Assembly (NCBI GenBank): GCA_977018835.1 | Contig: OZ361256.1 | Coordinates: 1,302,001-1,366,000, forward strand | Reading direction: 5' to 3' | Source of the DNA: Minutocellus sp. GHC0000111 | Lineage: Eukaryota | Length of the DNA stretch: 64,000 nucleotides | Shown here: piece by piece, positions 46,681-59,150 of the stretch | Layout: every line of letters begins with the position of its first letter | How positions within the stretch are numbered: position 1 is the stretch's first letter | Program-made: the position numbers and the translations under genes | Notes under the pieces: model-generated | The model's database searches: none | The model's input: the letters and a program-made list of their open reading frames with translations, nothing else | Told to the model about the DNA's origin: nothing

Positions 46681-47477
46681 ACAGGAAAATGGCGAGGAAC
46701 ACCATTTGCTGCAGCGTTTTGAAGCAGAAACTATCCAGGCAGAAACAACCCAAAGATTCGGCATCAGACCACCAGGGACAAATCCACAGCGACTCAATAC
46801 CTGCTACGATGGATCATGCAGCGACGATCCCACTTATACTACAGCCGCAGGTCTTGGCTGCGAGGCACACGCTAATTGGATGCGCTCGCCACCAGGAGAA
46901 GAGACCAATAACTCAAGCTGCTTGGACAAGTGGCTCAATGGTTTTGGGGATTCGGATATCAACCAGCTGTGTCCAATCACAAAGGATTCCACCACACTTT
47001 CAGTTGCGATTTGCATACAGTCCTACAAGTACTCGGAGAAGGAAATCCTTGATTTGACGTTGAATTGTCCCTGCACCTGCCAGCACAGTTGTTTTGACTA
47101 CGTCTCCTTGCGGGAGAAAATAATTTTCAGTCGATTGGATGGCAGGACATCAGCTACAGTTCCTCATCCTTCACCATCGTCGGTGTCGACGCCTTCTCCC
47201 ACGTCAACCCCAAGTGCGTCACCGGTATCAAAATCACCGACAAAATCGCCAACTGCCATCCCACCTACTCCTTCTCCCACGTCAACCCCAAGCGCGTCAC
47301 CGGTATCGACAGCTCCAACAGCGTCTCCGATTACACCCTGGCCTACATTCGTCCCGACGAATTTTCCAACGACTAGTCAGCCAACCGGAAGGCCCTCGCC
47401 AAGCCCCACAAAGTATCCCTCTAGAGCACCGTCAACTCGATCGCCGACTGAATCTCCAAGCCCTCGACCATCGACGC
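45038..47477. repeat. Large inverted repeat: arms 45038-46240 and 46275-47477 (1203 bp each), 34-bp spacer
   Basis: Mirrored ORF coordinates sum to 92515 and give identical translations; arm ends checked by hand. Confidence 0.95.
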
Positions 47478-48050
47478 TTGTCCCGATACCTTCGCCTGCA
47501 GATGTATTGGCAGGAAGTGGTAGAGAGAAGCAAAATTCTTATGGCAGAGATGAAACACTTGCTGCAGAACCAACGGAAATTTCTGGTCGTGGATTCATTT
47601 CCTCTCTCATATCACTATCCGAGGGAAGTACAGGTGAGAAGAGTGGAGTAGAAATAGGCAATCTATATCTACTTTTATCGGCCGTCCTCGGTACATGTAT
47701 CATCGGAATGTTGGGATGTTTCGCCTACAGCCGAGTCAAGAAAGTTTTGAGAAGGAACAGACGGAATAAAAGTCAAGGGGATGCTGTTGCCCCTCCTCCT
47801 TCTCCCCCGTCCTCGCCTCTGCCCATGGAGGCCAACAATTTTCCCGATGCCGAGTCGATAGAAAGACATGTGCTGAACAACGTTTTAGGCCAACTCCGGA
47901 TATTATGTCAAGGAGGAAGAAAGCGACCCGGAAACCGCTGCAGCAGAGCGCTGGCACGCATGCACGCTGGCACCGCTTTTCTGCTATCGGTGGCGAAGAC
48001 TGATGCTGGAATCAGTTCTGTGCGTTCAACGTTGGACGACAAGAAAGTAG
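46403..48050 (+). CDS. Cys-rich domain / P-T-S stalk / TM protein, right copy (true end uncertain; probable extra G at about 47888)
   Basis: CSDDPTY..GLGCEAH...CPCTCQHSC; PTxSP stalk; [24 protein letters not shown]; the shifted frame gives [15 protein letters not shown]... to TAG ending 48050. Confidence 0.6.
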
Positions 48051-48238
48051 GTACGACGGTTCACCTGTTCAGGAATCTTCTAGAAAATGAAGCGCGCTGT
48101 TGCGCTGTTGCGCTACGAGAGTATACTCAACATCGGATTGGTCACAGCTACGATTTACTAACTCTCGTCCTTGAGGCGTCATTGCCATCTTCGTGCTCAT
48201 CGTTGGCCAGCAGTCGAAGACATAAACGATCTTCAACA

Positions 48239-49492
48239 ATGGCCACGACGAAGGCTAACCCTGTAGTGCATATCTTGGCGTTATTATTGATTGGGTTTCA
48301 AATTGCCACCGGATTCGAATGTCGAGACGACCCTGAATACCTGTCTCCGTCATCGGGACTGTCATGCGCAGCTCATGGTCGGTGGTTGTCATCGTCGTTG
48401 TCGTCGTCGTCGTCGTTGAACGGAGGAGACGATGGTTCATCTAGCAGCCAGGATTGCGTTAGTAAGTGGCTCGACGGAACCAAGAAGAGAAATATTCACG
48501 AGCTCTGCGATGCTACCTCTTCTTCCATCGTTGAGTGTCTCAAAGTTTACACCTATTCTGAGCAAGAAATATTAGATGTCCAAAAACATTGTCCAAAAGC
48601 ATGTAGGTCCCTCGACCTCCTGTGCGATGATGGATCGAATTCTTCCATTCCAAGTGTAGATCAGACGGAAGTCCCGAGCATGATGCCAACTATTGCTCCG
48701 CATTCGGATATCACCACCAGAGTGAATTCTTCCATACTGCATTTGGTCGAAGCTACTGAGCAGAGCTTGGTCCTAAAACGCGAGGAAGAAGGTTCCAGTC
48801 GCCGAATATTGATCATTATTGGGTATGTAACTGCATCGATAAGTGCGCTCGGCATAATAGGTTGCACCGTGATATCACTCTGGCGAAGAATCAAAGACAA
48901 AGCAGACCAAGAGCGGCGAAAACGAAGGCTATCGAGACGGCGACGGCGACGCCGAAGAGACAACGAAAGTCGACGACATCGAAGTCGAAACCATCGCAAT
49001 CGTCGAAAAGACCAGAGGAGAACTCGCAAACGTCATCGTGACTGCATTGAAAGGGACATCCATCACGATGAGCATTACAACTCTAATGGAATTGGCGAGC
49101 TGAGGATAAATATTGATCATCACGAGGCAGGTAGGAAGAAACCAACAGACAATACAATTGACTGTGTTTTGAGCATCAATTTACCTGCGTGGTGCGACGA
49201 GGATCTTGACCATGAATTGCCGTTTGACTATGACATCGAACAAGGTGGTCGACACGACGATGAGTTCCGAGAAAACGAGCAGCTCGAGTCCAAGGTCAGG
49301 CGGACAAAGGAAGATGGCGGGTCGACAATGTTTTCTTGGTTTGGTGACGCCACCAATTCAATTATTCAACCAACGCGTGGTAGTTCTACAGAGATCATAC
49401 CGGATGATCTGAGCCTCACTCCTAATCCTCGTAGGCGTACAAGTCCTGGTTGCGGAAGAAGAACGAAACGAAGATTGAATAATGACTACTAG
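48239..49492 (+). CDS. Paralogous type I membrane protein with Cys-rich domain and Arg-rich cytoplasmic tail
   Basis: Own ATG and signal peptide [39 protein letters not shown]...[33 protein letters not shown]. Confidence 0.7.
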   Translation: MATTKANPVVHILALLLIGFQIATGFECRDDPEYLSPSSGLSCAAHGRWLSSSLSSSSSLNGGDDGSSSSQDCVSKWLDGTKKRNIHELCDATSSSIVECLKVYTYSEQEILDVQKHCPKACRSLDLLCDDGSNSSIPSVDQTEVPSMMPTIAPHSDITTRVNSSILHLVEATEQSLVLKREEEGSSRRILIIIGYVTASISALGIIGCTVISLWRRIKDKADQERRKRRLSRRRRRRRRDNESRRHRSRNHRNRRKDQRRTRKRHRDCIERDIHHDEHYNSNGIGELRINIDHHEAGRKKPTDNTIDCVLSINLPAWCDEDLDHELPFDYDIEQGGRHDDEFRENEQLESKVRRTKEDGGSTMFSWFGDATNSIIQPTRGSSTEIIPDDLSLTPNPRRRTSPGCGRRTKRRLNNDY

Positions 49493-49990
49493 CTCTACTC
49501 CTAGGTCCTACGTAGCTAGACAAGCTCTCTTTCTCTAGCTTCCTACTACGTGCACGTAGATAGAGTGCTGGCTGGCTACTAGCTAGTACATGAAACTTCA
49601 TTTGCTGTGTCTAGATCCAGACGACTCGAGCATGGTAAAATGATGCATTGTCGTATTGGTGCAGTACCGGTACCTGGAGCTCTAGCTCTAGCTACTAATA
49701 CATTTAGGGATCCTACTCTATCTTTGATGACTAGATATTATTATCGTCAAGAAAAGGCGCAAGAGGATCGCAAAGCTAACCGGTGTAGACCTAGGTAGCT
49801 AGCAATGGAACAAATAAAATACCTACCGGTAATAATTCCCACATAAGCTTTGGCTGGGACGGAGAAAGACAAATCAATGAGGCCGGGCCCGAATGATAAA
49901 TTCCACAAAAATATCCATTTTAAAGCAGGACATGTTGTATCGCGAGTTCCAGTATGTCAAGTACAATTAATTTGCATGTCGTCTCGAAAA

Positions 49991-51330
49991 CTAGCAAATG
50001 ATGCATCCACAATCGAAAGCCGACTTGGCTTGCGCTTGATCTTCAATCGGATCTACGGCAGTTGAGCGAGGACTAGCTGCAGCCTGGGCTTCAGCTTCCT
50101 CCGATGCCTTCATCTTTAGTGCTTCGTTGATGCTCGCCTTGGCTGAATTTTCCTTTTCAGCAGCGGCGTCCTCCAGCTCCTTCTTTTTAGCAGCAGCGGA
50201 CTCCTCGAGTTTTTTCTTCTCTTCCAACGCCGCCGCAGCAGCGGCCTCTTCCTCCCTCTTTTTCATCTCGATAGCCTTACGCTTTACTTCCTCGGCCTTT
50301 GCCTTGATTCGTTCTTCCTCCGCCTCCTTCTCGGCCTTGACCTTGGCTGCTTCCTCCTCCGCGGCGATGCGGGCCTTTTCTGCTTGCTCCTCCGCGGCGA
50401 TGCGGGCCTTTTCTGCTTGCTCCTCAGCAGCGATGCGAGCCTTTTCTGCTTCCTCGGCAGCTGCACGCTTGGCCTGTACATTGATCAGTGAGATTACGGA
50501 ATGGAAAAAGAGTGAGTTCGTGCATACATTATTGTATTAATGGGGGAGAAATCAAACGGACAATTGCACTATTAGAAATAATGCGCGAACATACATGGCA
50601 ACAAAATTTGTATTGGTCGTCGGCGCGCGAAATAAAAACATCGATGGCCGAGCTGACGACAATCTCTCAATCATACTATATATTTTCAACTCACCTCTTC
50701 CATACCGGCCTCGGCGGCAACCTCATCGGTCGGGGCAGCCGTAACGTCAGGGATGTCTTTGGGAACAGCGGCTCCCGTAGCGGACGCCACCTTCTCTACC
50801 GCCTCGGCCTTCTTGCTCTCGAGCTCGGCCTTGGCCATCTCGAGCTTATCGGCAGCGGCCTTGGCCTCCTCAGACGCACGGAGGGCCTCGTCGGCGAGTT
50901 TCTTGGCCTCGGCCATCTCATCGTCGACCGAGTCAGCAACGTCGGCGGCGGCAGCATCAGCTTCAGCAACGTCTGCGGCGACGTCCTCTGCCTTGTCCTC
51001 GGTGGACTCTTCAGCGGCGGCAAGAGCGTCGGCGACGGCCTCCTTTTTGTCACCATCCTCCGCGATATCAGCGAATTCAGCGACGGCGGCGGCCGGGGTT
51101 GTCTTCTCCTCCGGAGCTTCAGCCTTTGCGGGTTCCTGCACAGCATCAGTGGTGTCAGGAGCTGGCGTGGTCTCCTCCACCTCCTCCTTGGGAGGAGACG
51201 GAGTCGTCGTCTCTTCCTCCGTTGGTTTGGGGGTCTCCGTCTGTTGCGGCTTCTGGCTACCGCCGCCGCCACCCTGCTTCTTGCCCTTGTTCCCTCCACC
51301 CTTCTTCTTACCTCCTTTTTTCTTGGCCAT
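49991..51330 (-). CDS. Ala/Glu/Lys-rich coiled-coil protein ending in CaaX (exons 51330-50695, 50473-49991)
   Basis: MAKKKGGKKKGG N-terminus; phase-0 GT-AG intron; 11-aa repeats (EEQAEKARIAA); C-terminus FDCGCIIC*. Confidence 0.75.
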
Positions 51331-51894
51331 TTTTGAGTTGGTTATGCGAAGTACTACGTGCGTAGTGAATGATATGGATGGGTGCTCGAGGGAATGATGC
51401 GATGATAGCAATAAATAAATGCCGCCAACAGGAGAGTCAACTCCCGGAACGATTCGATTCGATGATTCACATGCAAATGACGTGACGTTGATCTGAAATC
51501 TTCGCGATCCGATCGCCAAAAGCAAGCGCCAGAAAGTGAAAAGAGACGGAAGACGGCCAGACCAAAGAACGCGGAGTGCATCGCTCTGCCGCCGGCAATG
51601 CGATTTTATTTGGTTTCGTGCTCATTCTGCACCAGATGCGCGCGCCACAATACATGCGCTTGTGGAATGATTGACCAGGCACAAACCTACAAACCCCCAA
51701 CCTCCACCTCAGTCCGAGTAATTAATCGCTTACTAACGGCCGAGCCGTTAACTCATTCCATGAGTTCAGCACTCTTTCACTGCTACGGACAACTGCTCAG
51801 CACTGGCGCGTTGTAGGCGGCAAAAAGTCAAGCAGTAGGCATTGATTGATATTATTTCAAGTGCATTTCCTCTTCATTCGTGCACTGGAGCACA

Positions 51895-52984
51895 ATGCCA
51901 ATCTTTTCGCGACAAAAGAAGAGCCAGAAAAAGAAGGTGGCGGGGAAGAAGTCGGCCGCGAAAGCAACGCCCACAGAAGTCGCAGAACGAGGAACTGCTC
52001 AGAAGAAGGATGGTGCTGCCACCGACACACCTCCTCCTCCTCCTCTTGCACCACCACCACCCAGGAAAGAATCTGGCATCGTACATACCACAAAAAAATC
52101 ATAACAAAGAACAGACCAAGCTAGGCAGATCTCTTGAATACTCTCCTAACGACCAGATTGAGGACACGGACGCACCTTTCGACGAGGCTCTCGTCGACAG
52201 TGCTCACGTCGAAAAGGTGGCAGTCAATATCGATGATATTGACGATGACGTAGCCAACACTGCCAAAAAGGATACTGTTGTCGAAGCGGAGAATAATAAG
52301 AATCGTGCGTCATTGGGACAAAAGTTCACAGACAAATCAAGCCACAAGGGCACCAAAATCGCGTCAAAGGCATCATTCTTTCGAAAGTCGAAGAAACGTG
52401 GTAGCGAAATCGAGAAGGAAGACAAAGAGATGGATAAAGTTGACAAGACGATCGTGGATGCATCGGAACGTAAAGAAGAGCAGCAGGGCAAGCAGTCTAC
52501 CAACCTCACCCCCACCGCCAAAGCAGACGAAAAGCACGGTACAACTACTACCGGTAGAAATGGTGTTGCTAAAGAGCTTCCTGAATCAAACGATGGTGCA
52601 TCGATTAAGAACCAAAGGAACGACGACATCACGACCACAGACGACGAGACTGATACGTCCACCACCATCGACAAATGGACAACTTCTTGCGGCAACCATG
52701 ACCCGCCATCACCTCTCGGAGGTTGCGCCGGTGCTGTCCCCTCCAAGGAAGACGTAGCCCACAAGATAGACGAGGCGGTCCTCTTCCTCGACGAGATCGT
52801 TGCACCGAAACTTGCTTTGGCTTTTCTGTGCCTTTCTCCCGAGGAAGAGAGCGTCGAGCTTGGCTACCAGGAGAACACTGGGAGACATCGCAGTAGCCGA
52901 CGGTCCAGGCGCAACGATCATCGCGGGAGATCTGTCGGTGAAACTCCCAAGAAAAAACACGCCAGCGCCATTAAAATGGAATGA
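51895..52984 (+). CDS. Hypothetical K/D/E-rich protein; probable frameshift in the A7 run at about 52095
   Basis: MPIFSRQKKSQKKKV... frame joins the long downstream ORF at caaaaaaatc. Confidence 0.55.
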
Positions 52985-53426
52985 ATCAGAGAAAGAAAGA
53001 CCACTCGTGACAAAATTTTTGACCCTGCTAACTGTACCTAGGTATTCGACGAAATAAACAAATAAGTACAGCTGTATAGACGGCGTTATATGTGATGATA
53101 TGAATTGGTTGTTCAGTGCACAGATAACCGCGCCAGAAAATAAATTCACTGCTACAGTCGTGTACATATTATTATTATATTTTTAAAGTAGAGAATTCCA
53201 CAATATGTGTTAGCGAGTGTCTACCTGGACGGCGAGCCGATGGCCACTCTCTAATTAGTTACGATGCTACCAGCTGGTGTCGTGTAGGTAGAGGTGTACT
53301 TTCTGCAATCTTTTCCCAGAAAGCTCAAATATCATGATTTCTTTTCGAATGCAACAGATTTTAAAAGCTCCATCAGATCCTTCTTTTGTTTGTAGTTCTT
53401 AGTCGGCCATTCCAAGATACTATTAT

Positions 53427-54740
53427 TTAGCTCTCAGTTGGAGGGGCATGATGAGCACTTGCAGCGCCTGGCGTCGACGCACTCTTATCATCGATACTGG
53501 TACTGGTGGTAGATTGGTCAATGGCGTTCCCACCAATGATAACACGCGCCAGATCCGTCCACTCAATGTTCATAAAGAATGGTCTCTCATCTGGCCTATC
53601 ATTTTGCACAGATCCAGGCAATTCAGGTATTGTCGGGATTGCTATTTCACTGTCTTTCCATTCTTCTTCTTCTCTTATTCCTCCTTCAGGTATCGAATCC
53701 AAGGAAATTGAATTTTGATTCCATCGTTTGCTCGAAGATAGATTGCGGATTCTGGCAGTCACTTCTGAATGGGCAGCAGATACGACGCCAACAGATGCTG
53801 CATCCAAGTTTATAACTCTTGAAACAGAGGGTTTACTGCTTTGTTTGGTTCCTTTGTCTGATGACTCTCCATGCCACGAACAATGCCGATTGCGGTCATC
53901 GGCACTCTTCGCCGTAGAAGATCTAGCAGTATGCCTCCGTGCGAGAACTGACAATAATGCAATGGCTGAGACAAGCGCAACAATTCCAGCGGCAGCGATT
54001 GCACCAATGAGCCAGAGCGGGACATCAGATATAGTTGAAGATATCAAATTTGTCAAGTTGCCGGAAGAACTATTCTTCTGAGAAGATGCCATCGGTGGCA
54101 TTCCTGCAGCACGTGGTCGGGCCTTAGGAACACGAGGAGGTGATGAAGGTATGATGTCCACCGCTTCTTCAATTACTTCGCTCTCACTCCCTCCATCGCT
54201 GCTGTCTTGCAGGGCTCTACCACCACCGTGAAGACTGATATTGTTGCTCCCATCTCCACCTCCAATCGGTTCCTCGACAAGAAGGATATACTGATGATAT
54301 CGAGGATTTCCCTCAAGCCTATTTTGACTGCTTTGTGTTGGATGTGACGTCGGTGCGGCGGTGGGAGCGAAGATGGCTGCATCGCAAGACACCCTACAAG
54401 TGCAAGGACAGTGAGCAATGATATCCTTTATGTCGCTTTGGCTGTAAATATGGTCAGACCAGCTTGCACCGGCGCCCAACCAACTCCAGCAGTTTCCCGC
54501 GGATGATTGTGACTGCAACGACCCTGGAAGATATTCGATGTGAAAGCTACAGGAGAGTCCAAGCGCAGAGCGGTAGGCCGGAGAATCTGTGCAGGATAGA
54601 TCCCACCCGCTAGTGGGGCAGGCATGCTGTGTTTTAATTGTTAGATCTCGATTTGCGTAAGCGGTTTGCCTACTGGCATAAGTCACTTTGACCTGCAGAG
54701 GCGGGACGTTGGCGGCAGAGGTGCTCTTGTCCGTCATCAC
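53427..54740 (-). CDS. Type I membrane-like protein with ShK-like Cys-rich domain (5' end uncertain)
   Basis: CTDSPAY..GLSCSFH...CPCTCRVSC; PTAAPTSHPT; RALQ; TM LWLIGAIAAAGIVALVSAIALLSVL. Confidence 0.7.
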   Translation of the reverse strand: MMTDKSTSAANVPPLQVKVTYASRQTAYANRDLTIKTQHACPTSGWDLSCTDSPAYRSALGLSCSFHIEYLPGSLQSQSSAGNCWSWLGAGASWSDHIYSQSDIKDIIAHCPCTCRVSCDAAIFAPTAAPTSHPTQSSQNRLEGNPRYHQYILLVEEPIGGGDGSNNISLHGGGRALQDSSDGGSESEVIEEAVDIIPSSPPRVPKARPRAAGMPPMASSQKNSSSGNLTNLISSTISDVPLWLIGAIAAAGIVALVSAIALLSVLARRHTARSSTAKSADDRNRHCSWHGESSDKGTKQSSKPSVSRVINLDAASVGVVSAAHSEVTARIRNLSSSKRWNQNSISLDSIPEGGIREEEEWKDSEIAIPTIPELPGSVQNDRPDERPFFMNIEWTDLARVIIGGNAIDQSTTSTSIDDKSASTPGAASAHHAPPTES

Positions 54741-55614
54741 AATACATTTACCAGTGCAATCAGATGCAAAGTTTCTATTCTCCTACTAGTAGAAGATGTT
54801 GATTAAAGAGCCCTGCTTGCGTTGAGCAAGCTTTCAGTTCCCCTCGGCGGTTTTGGCGGTGGTAAGTGAAATGAGGTGATGGTGCTCGTTGGCCGCGCGT
54901 TCGTCTTGCTCCAACGCTCGAGACACGCGCGCCGGCCGGCGCGCGGAGGCTTGACAGGCTTTCCCGTAACAAGCAAGCATCGCCGCCGCCGCCCGCCGCA
55001 ATCAAGGCCCGGCGGCAAGCATCATCATCGCGCCGCCGCCCGCCGGCAGAGCGAGAGGAGGAAAGCCGAGACATCTACATGCGCCGGTGCCGGTAGATCT
55101 ACATGTACGTGTATCGCCCGATAATGTCGATCTACATCTAATAAACGTCTTAGAAAGAATTCTACAATTAGGCCATGCGAGCTTGATGCAGATCTGATCT
55201 GTTGACAGAACAGCTGGAGGAAAAAGTAGATCTACCGGTGCCGTACACCCGCCGGGCGTTTTTTAATTAATTCTGACTCTCGAGTGCATTAGACTCGAAC
55301 TAGATCTACATTCACAGTACTAGTATACTTACCATCACCTGATTATGTCGATCTGATAAACGTTTATGTAGAAGATTGTCATACATGTACCGGTAACTCT
55401 GGGTATTGGCATGGTTTTTTCTCTTTCGCGGATTCTGGTCAGGAATTTGGTCCACACAGATAAAAGCCAAAAATCGAAAGAAAAAATCTCTGTTCGCTAC
55501 CGAACCCACACTACTAGCTACCGGTACATAGCTAGGCCTACACATCTTGTAACATCTAGCTCGCTAGCTAGACTCTACATCTACCTCTTTTTAAATCTAG
55601 CTAGTCAAGGGCAC

Positions 55615-58256
55615 CTAGCTGGCACCCACCGCGGCCTCCTTTTTATGGATAAAGGCAATGTCGACACCCTTTTCGTGTTGCTCCTCCGCATGCTGATCGA
55701 AACCTGCCGCTTGCTTAGCAATGGCCTCGTGAGAAGCATCTGGATCGTGAATGGCTTCTTGACCGACGTCCGAAAATCCTTCGTCGGGTGTTGTGTATCC
55801 CTCCTCGATATCCTGTGGGATAGCCTTTTTCTTCTCGGCCACTTCGCCAGAAGTCAAGGGCGACGATTCCTTCGTTGCCTCCTCCTTCTGCTCCTGAGGG
55901 ATGATTGCTGGAGCAACATTGTTAACGATAGCTGAAGGCGTCGCCGCCGCTGCGGCCGCAGCTTCTTGAGCATCCCTATTCTGCAGATAGATGTGAGTGC
56001 TTGTGTTGGCATCGAGAATTTCTGGCGCAATCTTGTGAACATCGGATACAGCACGAGAATGGCCAGGACCAACACTCGATTCACCCGCACCTGTGCTGGT
56101 ACCGGCTGAGCCAACACCGTGGCGAAGGTAGTGGCCACGATCCTTGGCATTGCGACTAAAGTTAGTCCGGACGGCATCCGCATCCGATGCTCCTGCTGCG
56201 AGGGCGAGATCACGAGCCCAGCTCGTGTACTGAAGCGCTACTTTCGCCAACTTCACCGGATCACGGCGATGGTTCAGACGTTGCGATCGCTGCTCATCAA
56301 GGATGTGACGCATTGCACTGTTGACGTTCCTTTGTCGATGACGACCTTCATCCATCGACGCAATATGTTCCAATCCACGACGAGAATGACCAAATTTGCA
56401 CCACCATTTTGAACCATAGTCTTCAGCCGATGCCTCCTCGGCAGGGTCAAGTCCGGCATGCTGCTCCCCAACGTACTTGCGCAGAGCCTCATCGTACTCT
56501 GGAGATCGATCTTGAGCGACCTTGTTCTTTTGTGCCCTCTTCTCCCACGCATTGTTGCTACTCAGCCAAATTTCAGACCCACCCTGCAGCATGGCCTTGG
56601 CAATTATGCGACCGGTCTGAGTGTAGTCAATAAAAGATTTCATTATATAGAGATGGGCAAGGAGGAAGAAAAAATGAGTGCGGGAGCGAACATACTTTAC
56701 AACCAAAATAATTGAAAACAACTTACCTTTTTAAAGTCATCGTAATCCGACCTCTGCCACCAAACCCCAGCCTTATCTACAAACGACATGTCGTGGCGAC
56801 TGGGTACAGAGACAACCCTAGCCATTGGGGAGAAATTCACTGACTTCTTCGATTCCGGACTCAGGAGTCCATCGTGACCGGAAGGATAGGGATGAACCTG
56901 ACGCCGCGAAGCGTAAGAGGGAAACAAAGAACGCCTGTCAGGCGATCCAACCTTCCCTTGGAGTTCAGCCGCGTTGCTAGCATTGAAATTTGAGGCGTTC
57001 TGCAGACTCTCTTGAGATGCCATCTTGACGGTGTGCTTGAGGATTCCCTTGATCTTCTTGTAATTAGAAAGGGCATCAGCAGCGGCGGCGGTAACGGTGG
57101 AGCCATCTAATTGCTTCGTCTGAGGGACGGTAGCAGCAGTTTGTGAACCCTTGACTTCATATGAGCTACTATCACCACTCGTTGACACCTCAGGAGGGAG
57201 ATTGGCGTTTCCAGACACTGACAAACGAAGCGGGGCCATCACTGCCTGCCTGTCTTTGTCGGTTAATTTCTCCCCGTAGACATCTGTATCACCCGATGCA
57301 CCCGAGGTATGCGAAGTAACGTCATCGTCATCGGTGATAATAGACGACGAAGCCGCCTGGGCTAAATGGGCTGCCCCACTCTTTGCGCTACCACGGGCGT
57401 CGGTCGAAACAGCAGCTGATGATGAGCCATAGTCCTCTTCGTCGCCCTTTTTCTCCTCGGCGTGAAATAGATCGGATACTACGGAAGAAGCCACACACTG
57501 ACCCTCATCGTGATTTACAAGACCAAGCTCCTTCGCTTTGGCAAGAGAGACCGAGTCATTCACTTCGAGGGATCCTCGGAATTTAGAATCTTCTTTTTCG
57601 TCATGCTCGGCGAGATCGGAACAGGACTTTTCGGCCCCAGCTTCGACCACCGCGCTGGGCGCAACGTCACCGTCATTGCTCGAACCATGACTATCCTCCT
57701 CATCACTGTCTACTAGTACAGGGTGTGACAACCAAGGAAATAGGCAACAGAAGATATCCTTTTTTTCTGAATTTTTGTCGGCGCCGATACTCCCATTGTA
57801 ACCACTACCTCCACCCATCAAGGCATCCGCCTCCTCATAGTAGTCGCCGTACGCCGAATAGTCGTAAGCAAAAGCCGAGTAGGCTGTTCGATCTGTGGAC
57901 TGCCCCGTGCTTGACGCAGCATCACTGCCAGCCTCGCTCACCACCGAGGAAGTGCTTGCTCCGCCACTTTGAGCAGCCGATGAAACCTCCGTCGCCGGGG
58001 CCGCCTTCTGTCCTGGGGGCCCACCGAGCACGAGACCGACCTCGCCGGCACTCTGCGTCGACACAACTTGCTCCTGTGTCGATGAGAAGAATACGTTCTT
58101 CTTCTGCGTTAGAGCGATTGGCGTATGCGACTGCGAGTCCGAGTCATCTTGGAGAGAAGATCGAGAGGAACTGCCATTGTTTCCATTCGAACCCTCGTGC
58201 TCGTTGGCCATCGAGGCCAGGTCGAGTATTGAGTCTCGAGCAAAGCCTAGCGACAT
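55615..58256 (-). CDS. Diatom-type uncharacterised protein with VxF...WW..RGLE...DEQ..Q..DP..LA domain (exons 58256-56727, 56616-55615)
   Basis: VNFSPMARV...WWQRSDYDDFKK|TGRIIAKAM...GHSRRGLEH...ILDEQRSQR..DPVKLA..YTSWARDLA; phase-0 intron. Confidence 0.78.
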
Positions 58257-59150
58257 GGTGCAATGGTGAGTGTTGCAGTTGAAGATGTTTTGAAGATCCT
58301 TCTCGCACTAGTTCCAAGAGGGCATCAAACTCCCAAACGAAGATGGTCGCAATCTGCTACGCAACTTTGCCTGCGTTACATATTAGCATTCAGGACGGAA
58401 AAGACAACGAAGAGAGTGAGAGAATGAGAATTGGGGGAACTGGGTAATGCCGCAAATGATGTAAATTCTCCCACCAAAAGGTTGCCCCCCCACCACCACC
58501 ACCACCCAAGACACAAGGATTTCTCCAAAGTGAAGGAGAAATGCCAACGCGATATGCGTCGGCATGGGCCAAAGGGTCGAGCCAAGGAACGGCGCAATCG
58601 GACTATAAATGATGGATGGGTGGTTTCATTTTCTGGCGCGCACTGCCTGCTATTTTAAAAGGCACGACCACGCAAAAGGCAACGAAAGAGTAACCCGCCT
58701 GCCCTCCGCATGCTCTTGGTAAAGGCCCATTTCAACTGGGTGAAGAAACCACACAGCAAAGGTTTCTCCATCAACCGTACTGATCTAAAAGAATCGCCAT
58801 GGAACATACCCGATTGGTGCGGTTTGGCGCAACCCGCCAACAAGAAAACACCATAAAGAACGAAATAATTCCGCCGAGCAAAGCTGGCTAGCTTACCTCT
58901 CCTGCACACCGACACCGTAGAAGGTACTAAGGAATGCTCTTCGATGGACGGGTATGGAAGTGGTTATGCTCAACGCGGCCGTCAGAACCCTTCGTTATGC
59001 TGGCCAGCGAAGAAGCCATCGAATTGCTTGAACGTCGTGGGTACCGCACGGTGGGGATGAGCTGGCGACGGTGGTTAGCAGCAGGCACTAAAACTGCATT
59101 CCTGTAGTGCCCAGTTTTTCTGCTGACCACCACCTTCGCCTCCTCTCGTC

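Noticed and set aside
46403..49492. 1029-aa two-receptor polyprotein
   Set aside because: The second half has its own ATG and signal peptide (48239), and removing one G at about 47888 gives the first gene a plausible tail and stop; more likely two genes.
2608..52100. Programmed frameshifting or pseudogenes at about 2610, 26965, 38865, 39870 and 52095
   Set aside because: Single-base shifts, mostly in homopolymer runs, in otherwise intact genes; most simply consensus errors (needs reads).
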